Source of the DNA: Gammaproteobacteria bacterium
GTDB lineage: Bacteria > Pseudomonadota > Gammaproteobacteria > JAUZRS01
Reading direction: 5' to 3'
Assembly (NCBI GenBank): GCA_030949385.1
Contig: JAUZSP010000007.1
Span: 67,210-131,209 of the forward strand
Length of the DNA: 64,000 bases
The translations under genes were made by a program, and so were the position numbers. Below the pieces are notes generated by a model, which saw only the letters and a program-made list of their open reading frames with translations, was not told the DNA's origin and did not search any database. Below, one piece after another: positions 8,866 through 17,622 of the stretch (position 1 is the stretch's first letter; every line of letters begins with the position of its first letter).

Positions 8866-11073
8866 ATGGAATGCATGGCAAGACTATCGAACAGTCTACT
8901 GCTGATCGCCCTGATCAGCCCCCTCGCTAGCGCCAAAAATCTCATTTCACAACCGCTTTACGAGGGTGTTTTAGTTCAATATAAAAACCAACCCAACGCA
9001 CGCCAACTGCAACAATCTCTACCGAAAAACGTCACCCACCAACCCCGTCGCCTCAGCGCTACAGGCAAGACCTTTCACATTGCCACCGAAACCACCAAAC
9101 AGGCGAGGCAACTGATCCAACAGCTGGCACAACAACACAATATCCGCTACGTCGAACCCAACTACCGCCGCTCTCTACGCCAACTGCCCAATGATCCACG
9201 ACTTGATCAACAATGGGCGCTGGAAAACAGCGGCCAATCGCTCTCAACCCAAATAAGCCAGAGCGCACTGGCCGGTGCCGATCTCAATCTGCGCGCCGCT
9301 TGGGATCTCACCACCGGCAGCTCAGAAGTGGTGGTGGCCATTATCGACGACGGCTTTTTTCTCGATCACCCCGACCTGCAAGAGAACATCTGGATCAACA
9401 CTGGTGAAATTGCCGACAACGGCATTGATGACGACGGCAACGGTTACATCGACGATCTTCACGGCTGGAATTTCAGCGCCAACACGCCCGACCCCAGCGC
9501 CAGCCCAAACACGTTTGAAGGCCACGGCAATCGTGTCGCAGGAGCCTTGGGCGCGGTGGGTAATAACGGCATCGGCATCAGCGGTGTCGCTTGGAAGGTA
9601 AAACTGATGCTGCTCAAATCATCACAGTTGAGCCTTGATGAACTGATTCCCGCTATGGAATACGCACGCAACAACGGTGCTCACATCATCAACGCCAGTT
9701 ACGGCGGACCTGGTTTCTCCAGAATCGAAGCGGACACCATTGAAGCGTTGCAAAAAGCAGGCATTTTACTGGTGGCCGCAGCGGGCAATAACGGCTACGA
9801 CAACGATCTATTGAAAGACTATCCTTCGGGCTACGCACACGACGCCATTCTGGCCGTAGCCGGTTCTGATAACCAAGACCGACTCAGCCGCTGGTCACAA
9901 TACGGGGCTTTGAGTGTCGATGTGGCCGCACCGGGGGACAACATTCTGAGCTTAGATGGCACACTCGATTACCGCTTTCAAACGGGCAGCTCCTTCTCTG
10001 CTCCTCTGGTCAGCGGCGTGGCCGCTCTGCTCAAAGCCTACGACCCCAGCCTTGATGCCCTGGCCATCAAAGCGCGCATTCTGAGCAGCAGTCAAACCCT
10101 GCAAACAGAACAGAATCTCATCGTTGCCGGTCGGGTCGATGCCCACAACGCCCTGATTGTAGCCGAACAACCGCTGCTGTTAATCGAATCAGTGCAGATC
10201 AACGATACCAGCAACGGCGACCGTTACAACGATCTGGATGCTGGCGAGCGGCTGACGTTGAACATCACCTTGAAAAACCTTTGGCAGTCGGTCACCTCGC
10301 TGCAAGCCACGCTCAGCAGCGATAGTTCATTTGTCACCGTCCTCAGCAACAATGACAATTTGGAACAGCTGACAGAACAAAACAGCAAGGTGGTGAGCTT
10401 TGAGATTCAGCTTGCAGAAACCATGCAAGAGCAGCAAACGCTGAAGTTTAGTCTGGACCTACGGGCAGGCAGTCATCAAGTCAGACGCAGTTTTTCACTG
10501 CACTTTGGCAGCCTTGAAAACAATCAAACCTACAGCGGTACTTTGCAACGCCACGACCGCGACCAATTTCAGCTCTTCTACATCAATGTACCTCCCAACA
10601 GCGGTACATTGACCTTCCGCAGCAACGCCGTAGAAGACATCGACCTCTACGCTACTTACGGCAAACCCGCCAGCCTCATCAGTGAATTTGCCAGCAATGC
10701 AGAAGGCGGCAACGAAGAGATATTTTTCCGTTTCACTCGTGCCGGTACTTATTACGTTACCGTACACAACTTCAACAATAAAAAACAGAACGTCGAGTTT
10801 AATCTCACCGCCAGCTACAGCGCCAAAGAAGTTATCAGTGGTGGTAGCCTCTCCTTTTTTACTCTGTTTCTGCTCGGCTGCGGCTATCTTTTACGGTGCA
10901 TCAACAGTCGTTCATCAATGGGCACAAAGCGTGTCGCTTCATTTATCAATGAGTTGGCGGTCAATTCTGCTACACCGTACACCTCTGCTTCAATGCCGTA
11001 TTTGGTACGAACTTTGTGCAGCAGAAGGTCAAAATCACCGTCCCCCGAAAGTAGAACCACGCGATCCACATAG
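8866..11073 (+). CDS. Secreted S8 subtilisin-like serine protease with PPC-like domain and GlyGly-CTERM-like anchor
   Basis: Signal peptide; IIDDG (Asp), GHGNRVAG (His), AAGN (oxyanion Asn), TGSSFSAPLVSG (Ser); EIDDNGIDDDGNGYIDD loop; PPC-like EDIDLY..G; SGGSL plus hydrophobic helix near the C-terminus. Confidence 0.9.
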   Translation: MECMARLSNSLLLIALISPLASAKNLISQPLYEGVLVQYKNQPNARQLQQSLPKNVTHQPRRLSATGKTFHIATETTKQARQLIQQLAQQHNIRYVEPNYRRSLRQLPNDPRLDQQWALENSGQSLSTQISQSALAGADLNLRAAWDLTTGSSEVVVAIIDDGFFLDHPDLQENIWINTGEIADNGIDDDGNGYIDDLHGWNFSANTPDPSASPNTFEGHGNRVAGALGAVGNNGIGISGVAWKVKLMLLKSSQLSLDELIPAMEYARNNGAHIINASYGGPGFSRIEADTIEALQKAGILLVAAAGNNGYDNDLLKDYPSGYAHDAILAVAGSDNQDRLSRWSQYGALSVDVAAPGDNILSLDGTLDYRFQTGSSFSAPLVSGVAALLKAYDPSLDALAIKARILSSSQTLQTEQNLIVAGRVDAHNALIVAEQPLLLIESVQINDTSNGDRYNDLDAGERLTLNITLKNLWQSVTSLQATLSSDSSFVTVLSNNDNLEQLTEQNSKVVSFEIQLAETMQEQQTLKFSLDLRAGSHQVRRSFSLHFGSLENNQTYSGTLQRHDRDQFQLFYINVPPNSGTLTFRSNAVEDIDLYATYGKPASLISEFASNAEGGNEEIFFRFTRAGTYYVTVHNFNNKKQNVEFNLTASYSAKEVISGGSLSFFTLFLLGCGYLLRCINSRSSMGTKRVASFINELAVNSATPYTSASMPYLVRTLCSRRSKSPSPESRTTRST

Positions 11074-11366
11074 GGCGCTTCTTCTAGCACATCAATGGTC
11101 AAACCCACGTCCCAATCGCCTTTGGCCGAGCCGTCACTGCGCTGGATATAGGGTTTGAGTTTGATCTCAAAGCCAATCTGCCTAAGGATATTTTGAAACT
11201 GCTGCTGTTTATTGTCACTGCGATGAATCGCATACGCAAAAGCGTTGACGATCTCACCTTGAGCGGCAATTTCAGCCCAAAAAGCGTTGTAGTTAAACTG
11301 GTTCTGATAGGCTTGACGGGTGGTGTAGTAGATGTTCTGCACATCAACAAAAATAGCGATCTTCAT
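10884..11366 (-). CDS. NYN domain (LabA/DUF88, PIN-like) protein
   Basis: FVDVQNIY, KGDWDVG and LSGDGDF acidic motifs. Confidence 0.9.
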   Translation of the reverse strand: MKIAIFVDVQNIYYTTRQAYQNQFNYNAFWAEIAAQGEIVNAFAYAIHRSDNKQQQFQNILRQIGFEIKLKPYIQRSDGSAKGDWDVGLTIDVLEEAPYVDRVVLLSGDGDFDLLLHKVRTKYGIEAEVYGVAELTANSLINEATRFVPIDERLLMHRKR

Positions 11367-12052
11367 GTTTTTGGCTTCGGTTTCTGAGCAACGTTATCGC
11401 GTAAATAAACGGGCAAGGCGTTCTCTGCACTAACCCCTTTACCCGCCCGTAGATCCACCACAGCCAACGCCGCCAGATCTTGCGCATGGGGCAATAACGC
11501 CCCTAAAACCCGATCCAAACAACCTTCCAGCGGAGCCGACAAAACAGCTTCATAAGTCCCCCAACCGGTACCGGCACCACACCAGAGACCCTCTTTGGGC
11601 ATCTGGAGAGCTTCCGGCTTCATTACCACCTCGGTAGCAACAGAACGCATCACCGCAAACTCATCCAGCACATAAGCGCCCCAATAGACCTCTTGCATCC
11701 GTGCATCAATGGCACTCAAGACCTGTTTTGCACCCGACTCACGATAAGCACGCTGCGCCAAGGTGGCCAGCGTGGAGACCGCCACCACCGGCAGATCCAC
11801 CCCATACGCGATGCCCTGCACCACACTCGTGGCAATACGCACCCCAGTAAACGCGCCCGGTCCACGAGCAAAGGCAAGCCCATCAAGCTGCTTTAGCGTC
11901 ACACCCGCTTCGGCCAACAGTTGATCTAACATGGCTAAAATCAAGTTGCCGTGCTCCCGTGGAGCCACTTGATAACGAAAAATAACCTCACCGTCCAGCC
12001 AGAGGGCGGCAGAACAGGCTTCGGTGGTGGTGTCGATGGCAAGCAGTTTCAT
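11363..12052 (-). CDS. tsaB: tRNA threonylcarbamoyladenosine biosynthesis protein TsaB
   Basis: LLAIDTTTEACSAAL, GPGAFTGVRI, IDARMQEVY, PVYLRD motifs. Confidence 0.95.
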   Translation of the reverse strand: MKLLAIDTTTEACSAALWLDGEVIFRYQVAPREHGNLILAMLDQLLAEAGVTLKQLDGLAFARGPGAFTGVRIATSVVQGIAYGVDLPVVAVSTLATLAQRAYRESGAKQVLSAIDARMQEVYWGAYVLDEFAVMRSVATEVVMKPEALQMPKEGLWCGAGTGWGTYEAVLSAPLEGCLDRVLGALLPHAQDLAALAVVDLRAGKGVSAENALPVYLRDNVAQKPKPKT

Positions 12053-12146
12053 TTAAACTCCAGACACAAAAAAGGCGCTGCTAAGAGCAATCTGGCATTG
12101 TAAATTTATTCGCTTTCCCTGTCATCACATCCTACAAAATCAAGCT

Positions 12147-13061
12147 CTAAAAGATCGAGGATTGCGTTTTTGTGGTCATTAACTCAAGTGCCTTAACACC
12201 TTTATAAGAGTTGCCTTTTTTATTTAATTTAGGGCTCCACACCGCAACACTGTATTCACCTGGATGAATCGCAATGATGCCACCTCCAACGCCGCTCTTC
12301 CCTGGCAGGCCTACTTTGAAAGAAAACTCCCCCGCTTCATCGTAAAAACCACACAACTGCATAATGGAATTTATCCGCTTGGTTTTACTTTTACTCAACA
12401 CCTCTTCTTTTGTGAAGGGGTTCACCCCATCAGAAGCCAAAAATAGGAAGGATTCCGCCAGCTCTTTACACGACATTTCAAGCGAGCACAAACAAAAATA
12501 GAGGTCTAAAACCGCATCAATGTCGTTATGTATATTGCCAAAATCCTTCATAAAATGAATCAGGGCGTGGTTTCTAAACCCCGTTCTTTGCTCTGATGCT
12601 GCCATTTTATCGTTATAGAGCAGGTGATGATTTCCAGAAACGGTTCTGGTGAACTCTAATATTTCGCGTTTAGGGTCTGAAAAACAGCTCAACAACACAT
12701 CGCACACCACAATGGCACCGGCATTAATGAAGGGGTTGCGTGGGATGCCTTTTTCGTACTCAAGCTGCACCAAAGAGTTAAACGCCGAGCCAGAGGGTTC
12801 AACCCCGACGCGCCGCCAGAGCTTATCTCCCTCGGCCTGAAACGCCAGCACCAAAGAGAGTACTTTTGCGATACTTTGAATGGAAAACGTGTCGCTGGCA
12901 TCACCGGCTGAATAATGGCTTCGATCAACGGTGATCAGATGAATCCCCAGTTTATTGGGGTCAATGCGCTTCAGCTCGGGAATATAATCAGCAACCTCAC
13001 CTTTGTCAGGTGTCTCTTTTTGCAGCCGTACGATCTCTTCAAGAAGCCGTTGATAATCCAT
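12147..13061 (-). CDS. glsA: Glutaminase
   Basis: VADYIPEL, FSIQSIAKV (catalytic SxxK), GVEPSG..FNS, PRNPFINAGA, PGKSGVGGG. Confidence 0.92.
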   Translation of the reverse strand: MDYQRLLEEIVRLQKETPDKGEVADYIPELKRIDPNKLGIHLITVDRSHYSAGDASDTFSIQSIAKVLSLVLAFQAEGDKLWRRVGVEPSGSAFNSLVQLEYEKGIPRNPFINAGAIVVCDVLLSCFSDPKREILEFTRTVSGNHHLLYNDKMAASEQRTGFRNHALIHFMKDFGNIHNDIDAVLDLYFCLCSLEMSCKELAESFLFLASDGVNPFTKEEVLSKSKTKRINSIMQLCGFYDEAGEFSFKVGLPGKSGVGGGIIAIHPGEYSVAVWSPKLNKKGNSYKGVKALELMTTKTQSSIF

Positions 13062-13217
13062 CTTGTTTGTCCGCTGTTTAGTTTACCTATCAATACAGTT
13101 GCTTTAATTCATCGGCGCGCCGAATGGTCTCCTCCAGCATACATTGCGGCTCATCTACTATTCCACTACAACCAAACCCACAGTGCTCATGGTAATAAAA
13201 AATACACTGCATCAAAC

Positions 13218-14264
13218 TCACAACGGCAACGTCCGAAAACGCCACTGCACACTCTCCTGCACACCCCGATCTTCAAACACCACCTCAGCCACATAATCCG
13301 CTCGCTCTTGCAGCAACGCCAAGGGAAACAGGGCGTACTCATAAACGCTGAATTTGCCGTTCACATCCGTGGCTTGCGAAATCAAGCGGGTGTTCGTCAC
13401 CTCGCCTTGATCATCAAAGAGGCGAAACGAGATCAGTTTCACCTGCTCGCTAACATAGTAGGGGTTAAATTGAATCGAAAGTGGGTTGCCCGCCTGTTGA
13501 TAATCGGGCAGCGGATTAGGCACTTCATTGCCCCAAAAGGCCGGATAAACATCGGTGGCTTGATCCATTGGCCAAAGCACGTAACGTGGGTTTTGGCTCG
13601 CTACGCCATCCAAGGCGGCTTGATAATCGGCGGTGGCTATTTTCAAATTTTCATCGGCACAAACAGCATAATAATAGCCGCCAGAAACAAACGTGCTGTT
13701 CAGACACACATTATTTAACCCACTGCTGCCGCCGTTATGCACAAAACTGTAGAGGCAATTATTCTCCTGTGCGGTAAAACCAATCCCCACCTCATCCCGA
13801 TAAAAATCCAAAATAGCAAAACGGTGATAAATGGCCGTCATCAAACCATCAATGGACGCCACCACCGTACTGCCCTGCCCCACCACCCCTTCGTTGACAT
13901 TGGTACTGCGATAACCAAACCGAAGCGCCCGCGCAGCGGCATCCACCCCACTAAAACCAACCCCAGTTTGCACCTCAGCATGACCGGCCTGCTGATTGAG
14001 TTTTAAATAACCCGCATGGCTGCCCGCCGCCCCTTGCAAGGCATCACTGACCGTCACCGCAATCAAACCCGTCTGTTGACGCACGTCATTAAAATACCGA
14101 TACGCCCGCGCTAAAGAGGGAGCCGTACAGCTGCGGCTGTCAATAACAGGGGGTTTTAAGACTAAATTTTCAGCAGAGGGCGACACATCCGTGCCGGAAT
14201 CGGAGGAACAGGCCACTAAAAAAGAGACCACGAATAAAATAAAAAACCTTCGGAACAGACCCAT
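13218..14264 (-). CDS. CAP/SCP-domain lipoprotein with a C-terminal extension
   Basis: Lipobox LVAC; AAGSHAGYL..H.E, LMTAIYHRFAIL, EVGIG CAP motifs. Confidence 0.75.
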   Translation of the reverse strand: MGLFRRFFILFVVSFLVACSSDSGTDVSPSAENLVLKPPVIDSRSCTAPSLARAYRYFNDVRQQTGLIAVTVSDALQGAAGSHAGYLKLNQQAGHAEVQTGVGFSGVDAAARALRFGYRSTNVNEGVVGQGSTVVASIDGLMTAIYHRFAILDFYRDEVGIGFTAQENNCLYSFVHNGGSSGLNNVCLNSTFVSGGYYYAVCADENLKIATADYQAALDGVASQNPRYVLWPMDQATDVYPAFWGNEVPNPLPDYQQAGNPLSIQFNPYYVSEQVKLISFRLFDDQGEVTNTRLISQATDVNGKFSVYEYALFPLALLQERADYVAEVVFEDRGVQESVQWRFRTLPL

Positions 14265-14425
14265 TTTAAGACTCCTTGTATCGCTGCATCCCTAGGCAAC
14301 AGACTAAACAAAAAGATTAAAAAGGCACAGCGACCGCTTCACACTCTTTTGGCCGATCCTGTGACCTCGATCTAAAAAAGCCAAAACAGTCGGGTTTTTA
14401 TCCGAAAAAACCGAGTTACGCCGCC

Positions 14426-17269
14426 TCAACGCCGCAACACAAACTCATCCATCACCTCGTGCAAATAGTTGTACGCCACCACCTTAAGCTCATCGCCCTG
14501 CACTTGAATGTGAGTGAATCCCCAACGTTTTTCAGGCGCTTTTGGCTCATCATCGCCTTTATTGGCGTTATCAAACAGCACCGGCTGGCCATCGGCACGA
14601 CGGGCAATAAAGTCATAACCAATGCCCCACTTGCGTTTCTGCTCAAGCCACAACTCGCTTTCATACTCGCTCGGTTGTGTGGAACGGTTGTGCAGATCCG
14701 CACCGCCGTTACCGATGCCAATGTAGGTGATGCCCTCTTGAGTATCAATTTTACCGCCCGAAATACGGATGATCTGACCATCAGCATCAAACTTCAGCGG
14801 CTGCGTACGCTGGTACATGTGATCGTGACCAAAAAGAACAAACTGCACCCCCAATTTTTGCAAACGGGGGAACAATTTCTGTCGCATACGTCGATTTTCG
14901 CTGCGATCCCCATAGGTGCCGTGGGGCTCGAACGAAAGCGGCGAATGGTGAAACAAAACCAATTTCCACGGCTGCTGGCTCGCTTTCAGATCCGCCTCCA
15001 TCCACGCCAACATCTGTGGCAGACGCGCCCGCTCACTGTTTTTGCTGGCAAACTTCATCGAATCCAACACCACAAAATGCACCGGCCCTGAATCAAAACT
15101 AAAGTAACGCTCCCGGTCCTCCTCTGGCATCCCAGTGGAGCTGGGATAGGCAAACGAGGCCAAATACCCCTTGGGCAGATTCTGCTCTTTATTGGCGTAT
15201 TCGTGATTGCCCAGAGAGCTGAAAAAAGGCCGGTGCATTAAAATACCGCGTTCCGGCTGCTTTTTACCCTTACCGCTGAGTTGATCAAAAAACTTCTGAT
15301 CAAACTGCTTGTAGCTGCCGCTGGAATAGGCAATGTCCCCCACCCCAATGCTAAAGTCATGCGGGTATTTCCAGATGCCGTTCTCGCGGCTGGAAATGGC
15401 ATCGCGCACCTTGCGCGGCTGACTGTATTTGGTACCCGAATCACCAAAGGCGATAAAATTAACTGCTTTACTGCTCGCATCGGGCAAGGTCTTAAAAGAG
15501 ACCGCACTGGCCAGCAGCAAGCCGTTGTGCAACAGATCAAAACGGTATTCCGTATCCGGCTCCAGATCAAACAGCTGCACCAAATGCTGCTCAAAATCCT
15601 GTTTTAGCCCCGTCTCCTGCTTGGCAAAATGCTGCTGACGGGAAGGGAAATCACGCCATGTGGTTTCGCCTTTTTTCCAAAGCCGCAACAGACCGTGACC
15701 GGCAGCGTAACTGCCCCAGAGAATCTTTACCTCCGTGGCCGACTGCGCTTGCAAGTAGGGGTAACGAAACAAAATGCCTTTGGCCTCTTTACGCGGCATC
15801 ACCTCTTTTTGTTGGCTGGGCTGCAACTCGCCAATTCGATGCTCTCGTTCATGCGCCCCCAGATCTGGGTGTTGGCGATCAAAGCGCGACACCCCCGAGA
15901 AATCGGTCAACAGACCGTCCATCCCCTCCGCCCTCTCCAGCGCGGGGCTGCCTTGCTTCAGTTTCAATACGTTCAAATCCGCAAACAACGGGTCTTTAAT
16001 CTCACTGTTTAAATCAAAGCCGGTTTTTTGCTGCCAACGTTTTAGGGAGACCTTCTCTAAACCGTGCTGCTCCCAATTGAAACGGAGTTTTGCACCTTTA
16101 TCCGTCCAATAAAGATTGTTATCCAACTCTAGGGTTTTGGGATCGACCAAAGCATTACTGGAGATTTTCACCGCTGGGCGGCCTTTTGCCGAGGAGACAT
16201 GCACAATGTTATTTTTGATTGTGATGTTCTCACCCGCCTGCCCCACTTCCGACTCATTGGAGAGAAAAATCGCCCCGTGCGCCCGCGTAGAAGCGTTGTA
16301 ACAACTGTTGTTGTAAATCAACACCCCAGAAGAGGAGGCGCTGGCCAAACAGGCCTCGCCTGTGTTGATAATGACGTTGTTGCGAATGATGCCATCGTAA
16401 CTCTCGAAATTGCCATCCCGCAGACGCTCTGCGTCTGTGGATTGACCCAACATAATGCCGCGTTCGTAAATGTTGCGCAGCAGATTGCCTTCAAACACCG
16501 TGTCACGGGCGTTACCCTTGGCGTACATACCGATGGAGGGGATGTCATGCACAACATTGCGTGCCACCCAAGTGCGCGCTGCACCCACGATGTCCACCCC
16601 TTGCGCGTTGGCACCGAGCTTGGCATCAGGGGAATAAATCTCATTTCCGTAGATCACCACATCGTCAGCGGTATGAACCAGCTTGACGATGTCGCGCTTG
16701 GAGCCGTGCAGTTTGTTGCGAATCAGATGCACAAACGGCGTGTCGATCTTCACCACATAATGCTTGCCGCCCACCACCTCCAGACCCTCCACACTCCAGT
16801 ACATCGGCTTGAAGTCGTCGTTGTAAAAATAGAGGGCTTGTGTGCGTCCCTGCGCTTCGATAACCACCGATTCATTGCCAAAAGCACGCAAATTGATCCA
16901 CGCATCAGCGCGACCTGGGCGTTTAATGCTCACCCCTTTGTAACGACCTTCGCGCAAAAAGATCGTCTCGCCTGGCAGCACTCGTGACACCGCTTCTTTG
17001 AGGCTGCGCAAGGGAGTTTGCAACGTGCGCCCCTCGTTGTCATCGTCACCCTTAGGTGAAACGTAATACCGACGAGGCTGCGGTATTTTGATCCTTCCCA
17101 ACGACGGCGAGACCTGCAAAGGAGACTGCTCTTTGGCAACCGCCACCTCGCTGAACGGCGCAAGCGGCGGCAACTCACCACACGCAACCAAAGACAGCAA
17201 CAGCGACATCCACATCAACCCCACCCATTGAAACGTGCTCCGACCTACTCTCAACCCGCCCATTCGCAT
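14426..17269 (-). CDS. Lipoprotein: right-handed beta-helix (DUF1565/PL9-like) fused to a purple acid phosphatase (FN3 + metallophosphoesterase)
   Basis: Lipobox LVAC; YYVSPKGDDDNEG..PLRSL..A...PGETIFLREGRY and repeated I.NN.I.N units; GDSG, GDIAY, GNHE, FHH and GHDH motifs. Confidence 0.8.
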   Translation of the reverse strand: MRMGGLRVGRSTFQWVGLMWMSLLLSLVACGELPPLAPFSEVAVAKEQSPLQVSPSLGRIKIPQPRRYYVSPKGDDDNEGRTLQTPLRSLKEAVSRVLPGETIFLREGRYKGVSIKRPGRADAWINLRAFGNESVVIEAQGRTQALYFYNDDFKPMYWSVEGLEVVGGKHYVVKIDTPFVHLIRNKLHGSKRDIVKLVHTADDVVIYGNEIYSPDAKLGANAQGVDIVGAARTWVARNVVHDIPSIGMYAKGNARDTVFEGNLLRNIYERGIMLGQSTDAERLRDGNFESYDGIIRNNVIINTGEACLASASSSGVLIYNNSCYNASTRAHGAIFLSNESEVGQAGENITIKNNIVHVSSAKGRPAVKISSNALVDPKTLELDNNLYWTDKGAKLRFNWEQHGLEKVSLKRWQQKTGFDLNSEIKDPLFADLNVLKLKQGSPALERAEGMDGLLTDFSGVSRFDRQHPDLGAHEREHRIGELQPSQQKEVMPRKEAKGILFRYPYLQAQSATEVKILWGSYAAGHGLLRLWKKGETTWRDFPSRQQHFAKQETGLKQDFEQHLVQLFDLEPDTEYRFDLLHNGLLLASAVSFKTLPDASSKAVNFIAFGDSGTKYSQPRKVRDAISSRENGIWKYPHDFSIGVGDIAYSSGSYKQFDQKFFDQLSGKGKKQPERGILMHRPFFSSLGNHEYANKEQNLPKGYLASFAYPSSTGMPEEDRERYFSFDSGPVHFVVLDSMKFASKNSERARLPQMLAWMEADLKASQQPWKLVLFHHSPLSFEPHGTYGDRSENRRMRQKLFPRLQKLGVQFVLFGHDHMYQRTQPLKFDADGQIIRISGGKIDTQEGITYIGIGNGGADLHNRSTQPSEYESELWLEQKRKWGIGYDFIARRADGQPVLFDNANKGDDEPKAPEKRWGFTHIQVQGDELKVVAYNYLHEVMDEFVLRR

Positions 17270-17622
17270 TCGTTCTGCCCCCTCAAGTGAAACCGCAGTG
17301 TATCAATTAAACACTTGTTTAGATGAAAACAGCCGTGCAAACAAAACACCAATCAACAATAAATCCAACAATTATCCGATATTCCCTTAAGCTTCTGCGC
17401 AAAGTAGACGAATCTAGACAAAAGCTCGCCTTTATCGGCTACCGCAACGGTTTGAAATCTTCTAGAATGCAGGGCACCAAGGAAGGGAAATTAATGGCTA
17501 TCACTGCCGATGAGTCTAAAATTCGCACTCATAAAAGCAACAATTTTATCTCTTAATTACACACAGCATGTCAGTAGACGTCCAACCTGTGACGCAGCTG
17601 ATAGACCACAGAGGGAAGAACG

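Noticed and set aside
12085-12140. GTAGGATGTGATGAC on the minus strand between glsA and tsaB
   Set aside because: Looks like half of a REP, but the second arm is missing; too degraded to call
12915-13718. 267-aa plus-strand ORF
   Set aside because: Antisense shadow of the CAP lipoprotein and glutaminase genes; no motifs
14265-14425. Possible riboswitch (e.g. c-di-GMP-I) upstream of the CAP gene; imperfect hairpin at 14390-14414
   Set aside because: No GEMM GGCAAAC/GAAA/GACGCAAAG core; the hairpin is more simply a terminator or repeat remnant
17270-17622. Long divergent spacer with short ORFs (17323-17556, 17510-18013)
   Set aside because: No coding signature or recognisable RNA motif; treated as promoter DNA
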